From: Sphingobium sp.
GTDB taxonomy: Bacteria; Pseudomonadota; Alphaproteobacteria; Sphingomonadales; Sphingomonadaceae
Length of the DNA stretch: 64,000 nt
Reading direction: 5' to 3'
NCBI GenBank assembly: GCA_040508785.1
Contig: JBEVME010000080.1
Location: 481-64,480, forward strand
Both the position numbers and the translations under genes were made by a program. Under the pieces are notes generated by a model that made no database searches, had not been told where the DNA came from, and worked only from the letters and a program-made list of their open reading frames with translations. Positions within the stretch are counted from its first letter, which is position 1. Each line of letters begins with the position of its first letter. Positions 10,789 to 20,154 of this stretch are shown piece after piece.

Positions 10789-11679
10789 ATGGCGAATATC
10801 GGTTTCATCGGACTGGGCAATATGGGTGGCGGCATGGCTGCAAATCTGACGGCCAAGGGTCACAATGTTCGCGCCTTCGATCTCGTGGACGATGCCCTGG
10901 TCCGCGCCGTGGCGGCGGGATGCGTCCGTGCGGTGTCCGCCGCCGATGCGGTGGCCGGGGCTGATTTCGTGGTAAGCATGTTGCCTGCCGGCAAGCATGT
11001 CAGGGATGTCTATGGTACTCAGATATTGGCTGCCGTGCCTGCCGGCGCGCTGCTCATCGACTGTTCGACGATCGACGTGGAATCGGCCCGCACCGTGATC
11101 GGACAGGCGGCCGACAAGGGGCTGGAAATGCTCGACGCGCCGGTATCGGGCGGCATCGCGGCTGCCAATGCCGGCACGCTGACCTTCATGGTCGGGGGTA
11201 CGCAGGCCGCGTTCGACAAGGGCCGCCCGATCCTGGAAGCGATGGGCAAGGCAGTCATCCGCGCTGGCGACGCGGGGGCCGGGCAGGCAGCGAAGATCTG
11301 CAACAACATGCTGCTCGGCGCGACGATGGTGGCGACCTGCGAGACATTCCTGCTGGCGGAGAAGCTGGGGCTGGACCTGCAGACCTTCTACGACATCTCG
11401 TCCAAGGCATCGGGCCAGAGCTGGTCGATGACCAGCTACTGCCCCGTGCCGGGCGTCGGACCCGAAACGCCGGCAGACCGCCATTATGAGGGCGGGTTCG
11501 CTGCCGCGCTGCAGCTCAAGGACCTGAAGCTGGCCATTGAGGCTGCGCAGTCGGTAAATGCATCGGTACCGATGGGCTCGGTCGCGGGCGCGCTGTATCA
11601 GGCGATGGCCAACGCCGGCGCGGGCGGGCGCGACTTTTCGGCGATGATACGCTTCCTGGCCGGCCATCCGATGGAATGA
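10789..11679 (+). CDS. mmsB: 3-hydroxyisobutyrate dehydrogenase
   Basis: IGFIGLGNMGGGM, IDCSTID, DAPVSGG, AKICNNM, YCPVPGVGP. Confidence 0.95.
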   Translation: MANIGFIGLGNMGGGMAANLTAKGHNVRAFDLVDDALVRAVAAGCVRAVSAADAVAGADFVVSMLPAGKHVRDVYGTQILAAVPAGALLIDCSTIDVESARTVIGQAADKGLEMLDAPVSGGIAAANAGTLTFMVGGTQAAFDKGRPILEAMGKAVIRAGDAGAGQAAKICNNMLLGATMVATCETFLLAEKLGLDLQTFYDISSKASGQSWSMTSYCPVPGVGPETPADRHYEGGFAAALQLKDLKLAIEAAQSVNASVPMGSVAGALYQAMANAGAGGRDFSAMIRFLAGHPME

Positions 11680-11709
11680 TCCTGCCCGCTGAGGCAGGCG
11701 CGGCCCCGC

Positions 11710-12012
11710 CTAATTTTGCAAGGGGGATATCGCATCTTCAAAGGCGATCATACTGCGCAATTCGGGCGATTGCGGGCCGAATGACATGGGGCAGCGAAGA
11801 CCGGGCATCATCGCGACGTCGAACAGTTCCGTGATCGCGCCCTCCAGCCTGATCCAGTCCACGATGTCCCCGGTTGACAGGCTGACGATCAAGATGCCGC
11901 ACCAGGGGTCGGAATCTCGCTTAGCCAGCTCTTCGTTCAGAGCCAGTCCTGCAAAGCTTCCGTCGCGGGGCTTTGAGACCGTGACGATGGCATGGCCGCC
12001 AATAATGGCCGA
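11710..12012 (-). pseudogene. C-terminal remnant of a TIGR03032-like protein
   Basis: Minus frame reads HAIVTVSKPRDGSFAGLALNEELAKRDSDPWCGILIVSLSTGDIVDWIRLEGAITELFDVAMMPG, with an in-frame stop just upstream and no N-terminal part. Confidence 0.7.
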
Positions 12013-12236
12013 TCAAGAATAAACTGAGATCATGGGTCTGAACATCGATAGCCGCCTTCGCCTCGACTACCTGGGAGCGACCGAGACCATGGAAAATCCT
12101 TGCGACCCCGAGCCTCAAAACTGGAGCGCATCATTAGACCATGGTCGAAACCGGCACCACTTTGCGCGCCGCAGTAAGAAATCATTAGCCGCAAATCCGT
12201 CCCTTAGGGCCCACGCATCAAGCAAGGACCCTATCC

Positions 12237-12719
12237 ATGGCAGTATATCTTCCCTCGCTACTCGTGGCAGCCATTGTCGCCGGCCCAGCCGCCGCCGCCG
12301 CCTCCGCGCCACAAGACGCGCTTCAGGTCGCGTCCAAGATCTTCATCGAACAGCGGTCGCTTGGCGCGGACGGCACCGTTCGCGTGGAACCCACCGCCGC
12401 GAAGCGGGCAGTGCCGGGGGACCATGTCATTTTCGTTCTCGCCTACCGCAATGGCGGTGCACAACCGCTGAAGGATATCGTCCTGAACAATCCGGTTCCC
12501 AGCGCGGTCGCGTACCGAACCGGTGGCGTGTCTGCGGTCACGCCCGAACTGTCGATCGACGGCAAGAGTTTTGGCGCGCTCGACCAGTTGCGCGTCCCAC
12601 TGGCCGGCGGCGGCAGCCGCGCGGCCACGGCCACTGACGTCCGTCATGTCCGCTGGCGCATCGCGACGATCCCTGCCGGAGGACAGGGCCAAGTCGCTTT
12701 CAAGGCCATCCTCAAGTGA
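12237..12719 (+). CDS. Secreted single DUF11-like domain protein (protein A)
   Basis: Signal peptide; AVPGDHVIFVLAYRNGG, VLNNPVP, VRW, IPAGGQGQVAFKAILK*. Confidence 0.8.
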   Translation: MAVYLPSLLVAAIVAGPAAAAASAPQDALQVASKIFIEQRSLGADGTVRVEPTAAKRAVPGDHVIFVLAYRNGGAQPLKDIVLNNPVPSAVAYRTGGVSAVTPELSIDGKSFGALDQLRVPLAGGGSRAATATDVRHVRWRIATIPAGGQGQVAFKAILK

Positions 12720-12778
12720 CCGCCGCAAAAAGCGATTGCGCGCCATCTCCCCGACCCACGAAAACAGGATATTCCATC

Positions 12779-13897
12779 ATGACACCCAGCAGAATAGGGC
12801 TCCTCTGCGGCGCGGCGCTAGCTGCCACCGGCACGGCGCACGCCCAGTCGGCTTCGACCGCAACCAGTGCGGGGACGCAGATTTCGAACACCGCGAGCGT
12901 TTCCTATACCGTCAACGGCTCGGCGCAGAGCACCAATTCGACCACCGCTTCATTCGTCGTCGACCGCAAGGTCGACTTCACGGTCATCACCGACCAGACC
13001 GGTGCGACCCCGGTCAACCTGAGCCAGACGGCCGCTTTCACCAAATTCAAGGTGACCAACACCACCAACGGCACTCAGGATTTCCTGCTGGATCCCGACC
13101 AGTCCACCCTGTCCGTCGGCATACTGACGGGCACGGACAATTTCGACATCAGCAACATGAAGGTCTATGTCGATTCCAATAATAATGGCGTCTACGACGT
13201 CGGCGTCGATACCCAGGACTATATCGACGAACTCGCGCCCGACCAGTCGGTCGCGGTGTTCATCGTCGGCAATGTTCCGTCGACCAACGGCATCCAGGAA
13301 GCACAGGTTTCGCTGCACGTCATCGCGGCGGCGGGTGGCCAGTCCGGCACAAAAGGCAATCTGCTCGTCGCGACGGATCTCAACCTGGGCAATGCAGACA
13401 ATGTCGTCGATATCGTTTTCGCCGACAATGACAGCGACGGAGCGCTGAACCTGGGCGATATCGCCCATAATGGCCAGGGCCGCGCCTATGCTGCGTATGA
13501 AATCGGCAATCGCAACGTCGCCCTGACGGTCACAAAGTCGGCACTGATCCTGTCGGACGGCGTCAATCTGCTGAACCCCAAGGCACTGCCGGGCGCGACC
13601 GTGCAATATTGCCTGCTCGTGCATAATGGTACGTTGCTCACTGGAGCGAACGAGGTCGCGCTCACGGACATATTGCCCACCACCACCACCTATGTGCCGG
13701 GCTCGATCAGCGTCGGCCTGCCGGGTGGGACCTGCGTACTTCTGGGCTCGACCGAGGACGACGATAGCAGCGATAGCGCAGAAACGGACGGCTATACCGC
13801 GTCGTTCGACAGTACAACCAACACCGTCGCCGCCAATGTGGGCACCGTCGGCGGACTTGGCTCCGTCGCCGTCGCCTTCAAGGTTACGATCAACTAA
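12779..13897 (+). CDS. Secreted DUF11 protein, candidate major filament subunit (protein B)
   Basis: Signal peptide ending AHA|Q; N-terminal AGTQISNTASVSY; Ca-binding-like DSNNNGVYD; C-terminal LTVTKS..LPGATVQY..LTDILP..YVPGS..AFKVTIN*; S/T/N/D-rich. Confidence 0.82.
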   Translation: MTPSRIGLLCGAALAATGTAHAQSASTATSAGTQISNTASVSYTVNGSAQSTNSTTASFVVDRKVDFTVITDQTGATPVNLSQTAAFTKFKVTNTTNGTQDFLLDPDQSTLSVGILTGTDNFDISNMKVYVDSNNNGVYDVGVDTQDYIDELAPDQSVAVFIVGNVPSTNGIQEAQVSLHVIAAAGGQSGTKGNLLVATDLNLGNADNVVDIVFADNDSDGALNLGDIAHNGQGRAYAAYEIGNRNVALTVTKSALILSDGVNLLNPKALPGATVQYCLLVHNGTLLTGANEVALTDILPTTTTYVPGSISVGLPGGTCVLLGSTEDDDSSDSAETDGYTASFDSTTNTVAANVGTVGGLGSVAVAFKVTIN

Positions 13898-13923
13898 CCC
13901 ACTTGTAACGAGAGGAATCCCGA

Positions 13924-13952
13924 CCGGTGCGCCCTGGGATGGCGCGCACCGG
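13924..13952 (+). promoter_or_regulatory. Intergenic stem-loop without U-tract between genes B and C
   Basis: 9-bp perfect stem CCGGTGCGC (13924-13932) / GCGCACCGG (13944-13952). Confidence 0.5.
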
Positions 13953-13962
13953 ACGGCCCCCT

Positions 13963-16900
13963 ATGTCCAAATTTCGCGCCCTTGCCGATCTGGCCGTCCT
14001 GCTATTGGGCGTAACCGTTGCGACATTCGCCGCCGCGCAGGAGCCGACTCATATCAGCAATACGGCGACGCTGGCCTATGCAGGGCCGGACGGCCCAATC
14101 AGCATCCGGTCCAATACAGTGACGTTCGACGTCGAGCGACGCGCCCGCGCGAAGACGCCCACAAAGTTGAGCTTCCACCTGCTCCCGCTCGGCTATACGC
14201 TCGGCGGCGCGCGGTGCGAAACTTCGCCTGCCCTGTTCTTCAAGCCGTCCGACGTGGACGCGAACGATTTTGCGCGGGCACCGATCGCCGAGACGCTCGA
14301 TCCCGAGACGCCCATGATCATCGCGCTCTCCAATCCGGGTGGCAATCGCGATCCCGAACTGCGGGAGACGTCCTGGATCAACGCTGGCAACCAGCATTCC
14401 ACCACGCGGATCCCCTTGCTCGAAACGGCGACCGACAGCGGCATTTTCGCTGGCGCCTTTCCGAAATCGGGCGGCGATACCGCCAACGATCCCTGCGACC
14501 CTTCCATAGAACGCGGATCGCGGCTGTTCGTAAGTTTCGACGAGGATGATTACAGCTATGCATCGACCTTCACCCTGCTGATCGATCCCACCGGCTATGT
14601 GTTCGATTCGCAAAGCGGCGCGCTGATCGACGGCGCGACCGTCACGCTGCTCGGCGAGGATGGGCAGCCGGCGCAGGTGTTCGGCGACGACGGCGTGAGC
14701 GCCTACCCCGCCACCGTCGTCAGCGGCGGCGAGGCCAGGGATGCGAGCGGGCGGGTCTATGACTTTCCGCAGGGCAATTACCGTTTCCCCATGACGGCGC
14801 CGGGACGGTATCATCTGCAGGTAACGCCACCTTCCCGTTATATCGCGCCGTCAAGCCGAAGCCGGTCCGAACTGGAAATGCTGCGCGGGCCGCTCGGCCA
14901 TACCTTCATGATGAACGAGGCGTCGTTCGGCGGCGCCTTTTCCCTGTCCAATCCGGAACCCTTCATCGCCGACATTCCGCTCGATCGCATAGGCGATACG
15001 AAGCTGCTGCTGACGAAATCGGCTTCCGTGCGCGAGGCGACCCCCGGCGATTTCATCCAGTATGTCGTACGGATCGACAACCGCGGCGAAGAGGATGCCG
15101 CCGCCATCCACCTGACCGACATCCTGCCGCCGGGCCTGCGCTACGAGCGAGGATCGGCCAGGGGAGCTGCGGAGCCGGTCGTCGCAACCGACGGACGGAC
15201 GATGAATTTCACCGTGCCGACGGTTGCGGCCGGGCGCAGCGCGGAGGTGCGCTACATCATATCCGTAACGCCCGGCGCGCCGCAGGGCGAGGCGCTGAAC
15301 CGCGTCCTCGCATCCGGCGCGGCGGGCACGACCAGCAACGAGGCTGCGGCGTCCGTGCGCATCGGGGCACCGCTGTTCATCGATGGTTTCACCATTTTGG
15401 GACGCGTGTCGGAGGGCGAATGCGGCGCCCCTTCGCGCAAGGGCGTCGCAGGCATTCGCCTGCTTCTGGAAGATGGCACCTTCGTCGTCACCGACAAGGA
15501 CGGTCTTTACCACATAGAAGGCGCCCGTCCCGGTCGCCATGTCGTCCAGCTCGACACTGCGAGCATCGCCCCTACCCATTCCCCTATATCGTGCGACGTC
15601 GACACGCGCCAAGCTGGCAGCGCGACGTCCCGCTTCGTGGGCAGCGCAGGCGGCCTTATGCAGCGTGTCGATTTTCAGCTGCGAGCGACCGGCATCGCGG
15701 GCACCGGAGTGGCGGACATCCTGCCCACGGCGACCGATGCCGCCCATGCCGCCGGGGACCGCGACTGGTTCGAGGGGCAGGAGCCCGGCGTCGGGCTGCT
15801 GTTCCCCGCTGTCGACCATAATCCCCGCGCGCCGGTCCTGCGCGCTGTTGTCAAGCATCACCCCGGCCAGCGCGTCGCCTTGCGCCTGAACGACAGGTTC
15901 GTGGATGCGCTCGCGTTTGACGCCACCGATACGCGGGGCGACATCGCGATATCGCGGTGGACGGGCGTACCCCTTGCCGATGGCGCTAACAGCCTGGAGG
16001 CGACAGTGCTTAACGCAGACGGGTCGCTGGCCCAGACGTTGCGCAGCACGGTCCATAATGCGGGAGCGGCCGCCACTGCGACGGTCCTGCCGCAGTCAAG
16101 CAGGCTGTCGGCGGACGGCCTGACGACGCCTGTCCTCGCCTTCCGCCTGACCGACCGCGCGGGGCGCCCCGTCCGCGATGGCACCACCATCGCCATCACG
16201 CTCGACCAGCCTTATTCGGTCGCAGTCGATGCTGCGGTGGAGGGCGCTCGGCCCGGCGAAGGGCGCGGGCGCGCCTCCGGGACCGCGCGCGTGATCGGCG
16301 ACGAGGGCATCGCCTATCTTGCGCTCCAGCCGACTAGCCAGGCCGGTCCCCTGCGCGCGACCGTCGCCCTGACGGACGGGAAGCAGTCGCGCGCTGTCGA
16401 ACTGCGCGCGTGGCTGACGGCAACGGCGCGCGCATGGACGGTCGTCGGATTCGGCGCGGGCACTATCGGCTTCGACACGCTGCGCAGCCGCTCCTCTAGG
16501 CTGCCCGCAATGAGCCGCAACAAGGTCGTCACCGACGGCCAGCTGGCTTTCTACGCCAAGGGCCGGATCAAGGGATCCTGGCTGATGACGATCGCCTATG
16601 ACAGCGACAGGCGATATGATCGCTCGCGCGGACTGCTCGGCACGATCGACCCTGACCGCTATTACACCGTCTACGGCGATGCCGCGCAGCAGGGCTATGA
16701 CGCGGCGACCGCGCGCAAGCTGTATCTGCGACTCGAGCGCAAGGATTTCAGCGCGCTGTTCGGCGATTTCGAGACCGGCTTCACGCATAGCCAGCTGACG
16801 CGGTACAGCCGTACCCTTAACGGCATGAAGGCGGACTATAGCGGCAACCGCCTGAGCTTCACGGCCTTTGCCGCCCACAGCGACGATCTGCACGCGCGGG

Positions 16901-18933
16901 ACGAGATCCAGGGCAACGGGCTGTCCGGCCCCTATCGCCTGTCGGGGCGCGATATCGTCCCCAACAGCGACAAGCTGAGCATAGAGGTGCGCGATCGGCT
17001 GCGGCCGGATCGCATTCTGACCTCGACGCCGCTGACGCGCCATGTCGATTATGACATCGACTCCGCCATCGGCACGATCCGCTTCCGTGAACCGGTGCTC
17101 GGCCGCGACGCCGCGAGCAATCCGGTCTTCATCGTCGTGGATTATGAAACCTATGGCAGGTCCAGGAAGCTCACCGCAGGGGGCCGGGCGGCGGTCAAGC
17201 TCGCTGATGGCAAGGCGGAGATCGGCCTGTCGGGAATTCGCGACGAGACCGTCGGCGATGGCCTGCTGCTGGGCGCCGACCTGAAGGCCCAGCTGACCGC
17301 GACCACCCAGCTGCGGGCGGAGATCGCCGCAGGCGGGCGGCAGGGCATTGGCGAGGGCCGGGCATTCCTCGCTGAAGTCGAGCATCACAGCCAGGGCGCC
17401 GACATCCTGTTCTATATGCGGCAGCAGGACGATGCGTTCGGCCTCGGCCAGCAGAATCTGGTGGAGGCCGGCACCCGCCGTATCGGCTATGATACCCATG
17501 CCCAGCTGTCCGATCGTCTGTCAGCCACGTCAACGGCCTGGTATCAGGATCAGCTCATCGGCGCGGGCAGCCGTCTGGCAGGCGAAACCAGGTTCGAATA
17601 TCGCCGTGCCAGCGGCACAGTGTTTGCGGGCGGCCAGATCGCGCTCGACCGCGGGCTGGACGGAGGCGACCGTGATTCGAAGCTCGTGACGCTGGGCGGA
17701 AAGCAGGCCCTTCTCGGCGGGGCGCTGACCATAACCGGCCAGACACAGTTCGCGCCTGGGGGAAAGAAGGATAGCGTCGACTTTCCGGCAAGGCATCAGT
17801 TGATCGCGTCCTACCGGGTAAAGCCCGGCATTCGACTGATCGGTGGATATGAGATCGCCCAGGGCGGGGATTTCACTGCGAACACGGCGCAGATCGGCTT
17901 CGATATCCAGCCGTGGCGGGGGGCGAAGCTCACCACGAGCCTGAATGACCAGAGCGTGGACGAACATGGCGGCAGGGTCTATGCCCAATATGGCATGATC
18001 CAGTCGCTACCGGTCAGCGCGCGCTGGACGATCGACGCCACTTTCGATGCCAGCACCACCCTCCGCGGCGTCATTCCCGAAGGCGGCATGGTCCAGCCTT
18101 TCCAGGCAGGCTCGTCGGGCAGCATCGGCGGATTGTACGGCAATGACGGCGACTATGGCGCGGTGACGGTCGGCGCTGCCTACCGTGCCGATCGCTGGTC
18201 ATGGAACGGTCGCGTCGAACATCGCAAGTCCGACAAGAGCAGCCGTTTCGGCATCACCAGCAATGCCGTGCGCGCGCTTGGCGGCGGCAGGACATTGGCG
18301 GCCGGCCTGCGCTGGTTCACGCTGGGCCAGGCCAATGGCGCGAAGGCGCGCAGCCTGTCCGCCTCAGCAGCGCTGGCCTGGCGCCCGGTGGACAGCCGCT
18401 GGTCGCTGCTGGAACGCCTGGAGCTGTGCACGGAACGCGCCGATAGCGGCATCGGCAACGGCAACGCTCTGGGCGTCCCCGCAGGCAACGGCGTGAGCCA
18501 GAAGACAGTGCGCGCCGTCAACAATCTGGCCGTCAACTACCGCGCCAGCAGCGAAGGCGAGGCGCATGTTCTGGAAGCGACGCTCTATTACGGATCGAAA
18601 TGGGTGCGCGGCAGCTATGGCGGCGACGATTATACGGGGTATATCGACGTCACCGGCATCGACGCGCGGGTCGACCTGAGCCGGCGGATCGACATCGGCA
18701 TACAGGCATCGATCCAACATGCGTGGAGCCGGGGCAGCCTGGCCTTCAGCGGCGGCCCGTCGGTCGGCTTCTCCCCGGCTGGCAATCTTTGGATTTCGGC
18801 GGGATACAATGCCGCAGGCTACCGAGACCGCGATTTCGAGGATGACCGCTATACCCGGCGCGGTCCCTATGTGACGATGCGTATGAAGTTCGATCGTACG
18901 AGCGTCGCCGGCCTGCTGGGCAAGGGCCGGTGA
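13963..18933 (+). CDS. Large outer-membrane DUF11 protein (protein C): Ig-like/carboxypeptidase-regulatory-like domains plus C-terminal beta-barrel
   Basis: Signal peptide; IDPTGYVFDS..GATVTL; complete DUF11 at ~15001-15363; GVAGIRLLLEDG..TDKDGLY; amphipathic strands ending WISAGYN..GYRDRDF..GPYVTMRMKFD. Confidence 0.82.
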   Translation: MSKFRALADLAVLLLGVTVATFAAAQEPTHISNTATLAYAGPDGPISIRSNTVTFDVERRARAKTPTKLSFHLLPLGYTLGGARCETSPALFFKPSDVDANDFARAPIAETLDPETPMIIALSNPGGNRDPELRETSWINAGNQHSTTRIPLLETATDSGIFAGAFPKSGGDTANDPCDPSIERGSRLFVSFDEDDYSYASTFTLLIDPTGYVFDSQSGALIDGATVTLLGEDGQPAQVFGDDGVSAYPATVVSGGEARDASGRVYDFPQGNYRFPMTAPGRYHLQVTPPSRYIAPSSRSRSELEMLRGPLGHTFMMNEASFGGAFSLSNPEPFIADIPLDRIGDTKLLLTKSASVREATPGDFIQYVVRIDNRGEEDAAAIHLTDILPPGLRYERGSARGAAEPVVATDGRTMNFTVPTVAAGRSAEVRYIISVTPGAPQGEALNRVLASGAAGTTSNEAAASVRIGAPLFIDGFTILGRVSEGECGAPSRKGVAGIRLLLEDGTFVVTDKDGLYHIEGARPGRHVVQLDTASIAPTHSPISCDVDTRQAGSATSRFVGSAGGLMQRVDFQLRATGIAGTGVADILPTATDAAHAAGDRDWFEGQEPGVGLLFPAVDHNPRAPVLRAVVKHHPGQRVALRLNDRFVDALAFDATDTRGDIAISRWTGVPLADGANSLEATVLNADGSLAQTLRSTVHNAGAAATATVLPQSSRLSADGLTTPVLAFRLTDRAGRPVRDGTTIAITLDQPYSVAVDAAVEGARPGEGRGRASGTARVIGDEGIAYLALQPTSQAGPLRATVALTDGKQSRAVELRAWLTATARAWTVVGFGAGTIGFDTLRSRSSRLPAMSRNKVVTDGQLAFYAKGRIKGSWLMTIAYDSDRRYDRSRGLLGTIDPDRYYTVYGDAAQQGYDAATARKLYLRLERKDFSALFGDFETGFTHSQLTRYSRTLNGMKADYSGNRLSFTAFAAHSDDLHARDEIQGNGLSGPYRLSGRDIVPNSDKLSIEVRDRLRPDRILTSTPLTRHVDYDIDSAIGTIRFREPVLGRDAASNPVFIVVDYETYGRSRKLTAGGRAAVKLADGKAEIGLSGIRDETVGDGLLLGADLKAQLTATTQLRAEIAAGGRQGIGEGRAFLAEVEHHSQGADILFYMRQQDDAFGLGQQNLVEAGTRRIGYDTHAQLSDRLSATSTAWYQDQLIGAGSRLAGETRFEYRRASGTVFAGGQIALDRGLDGGDRDSKLVTLGGKQALLGGALTITGQTQFAPGGKKDSVDFPARHQLIASYRVKPGIRLIGGYEIAQGGDFTANTAQIGFDIQPWRGAKLTTSLNDQSVDEHGGRVYAQYGMIQSLPVSARWTIDATFDASTTLRGVIPEGGMVQPFQAGSSGSIGGLYGNDGDYGAVTVGAAYRADRWSWNGRVEHRKSDKSSRFGITSNAVRALGGGRTLAAGLRWFTLGQANGAKARSLSASAALAWRPVDSRWSLLERLELCTERADSGIGNGNALGVPAGNGVSQKTVRAVNNLAVNYRASSEGEAHVLEATLYYGSKWVRGSYGGDDYTGYIDVTGIDARVDLSRRIDIGIQASIQHAWSRGSLAFSGGPSVGFSPAGNLWISAGYNAAGYRDRDFEDDRYTRRGPYVTMRMKFDRTSVAGLLGKGR

Positions 18934-19451
18934 TGCGCAGGATCGCCGTCCTTCTGGTGCTCATGGCCTGTGCGACGCCTGCGCTGGCCGATCCGATCGC
19001 GATCATCAGGACGGTCACGGTCATGTCCGACCCGCTGGGCAGCGTGATCCCCCGTTCGATCCCGGGCGCGGTGCTGGACTATAGCGCGACGCTGTCAAAC
19101 CCGCTTGGCAATGCCGGAAAGACGGTAAGGGGCATCCAGTATCAGGATCAACTGCCCGCCAACATGATCCTGCGCGTTGCCGACCTCGGCACCGTCGGCA
19201 GCGGACCGGCCGCCTTCACTAACGGCGCGATCATATTGGGCATCGGCGACAGCGGGATGACCTACACCTTCTCTGGCCTGTCCAGCACCACCGACGGTAT
19301 CGATTTCTATGACGGGACGAGCTGGAGCTACACGCCCGTCGCCGACGCGGACGGCTACGACGCCAGCATCCGCGCCATCCGGATCAAACCGGTGACCAAT
19401 TTCAAGACCGGCGGTTCTTTTACCATCCGCTATCGCGTGAAACTGCGATGA
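18933..19451 (+). CDS. Secreted single DUF11-like domain protein (protein D)
   Basis: Signal peptide ALA|D; SDP..IPGAVLDY..QDQLP..FTIRYRVKLR*; TGATG coupling to gene C. Confidence 0.8.
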   Translation: MRRIAVLLVLMACATPALADPIAIIRTVTVMSDPLGSVIPRSIPGAVLDYSATLSNPLGNAGKTVRGIQYQDQLPANMILRVADLGTVGSGPAAFTNGAIILGIGDSGMTYTFSGLSSTTDGIDFYDGTSWSYTPVADADGYDASIRAIRIKPVTNFKTGGSFTIRYRVKLR

Positions 19452-20125
19452 TCGCAAAGGAACAGATGATGCCACACCACCCTGAACCGGCCCGGGCCCA
19501 CCCCGCTCCCATGCCTTTCGGAGCGCCCTGCCTGATCGTCGGCAGGCAAGAAAGGCGGCATGATGCGCTCGCGACCACCGTCTTTACGATTGGCAAGGCG
19601 ACCATCGGCGGCCGCGCCCTGCCCTGCATGGTCCGCGACATATCGGATGGCGGAATGCGGATCAGGATGCAGAATCCGCCGCATCTGGGCGAACGGGTGC
19701 TGATCGAAATGCGCGGGCTCGAACCGCGCTTCGCCCGGACCCGTTGGGTGCTTGCCGACGAGGCCGGCCTCGCCTTCGAACAGCGGTGCAACCTGCCCAA
19801 GATTTTCGCGATCAGGAGCAATCGACCGAGCAAGGCGTCACGCCAGCCCCGCTTCGACCTACGCCGCATGGCGATGCTCTTGATCGACGGTCAGGCGCAA
19901 GTCGTAGAGGTCGTCGACATATCGGTCGGTGGCGCCCGGCTGGCGCTTGGCGGGCAAATTGCGCGGGGCTCAGTCTGTACGCTTACCCTCGGCGGCTTCC
20001 TACCCCAGCCGGATTTGCTCGGCGAGATATGCTGGGTCGACGACCGGCAATGCGGCCTCCGCTTCACCGTGCCCCTCAGCAGCACGGCACTCGCCTGTGC
20101 CCTAACGAGCGATCTGGACATCTGA
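19448..20125 (+). CDS. Tandem PilZ-domain protein
   Basis: Two DxSxxG motifs (RDISDGG, VDISVGG), each followed by W..G.xF; ATGA overlap with gene D. Confidence 0.85.
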   Translation: MIAKEQMMPHHPEPARAHPAPMPFGAPCLIVGRQERRHDALATTVFTIGKATIGGRALPCMVRDISDGGMRIRMQNPPHLGERVLIEMRGLEPRFARTRWVLADEAGLAFEQRCNLPKIFAIRSNRPSKASRQPRFDLRRMAMLLIDGQAQVVEVVDISVGGARLALGGQIARGSVCTLTLGGFLPQPDLLGEICWVDDRQCGLRFTVPLSSTALACALTSDLDI

Positions 20126-20154
20126 CCGGCCGCGCTGTCCGGGGGTCAGCATAT

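Noticed and set aside
12151-12166. Possible sigma-54 promoter CGGCACCACTTTGC
   Set aside because: GG-to-GC spacing is 9 nt rather than the required 10.
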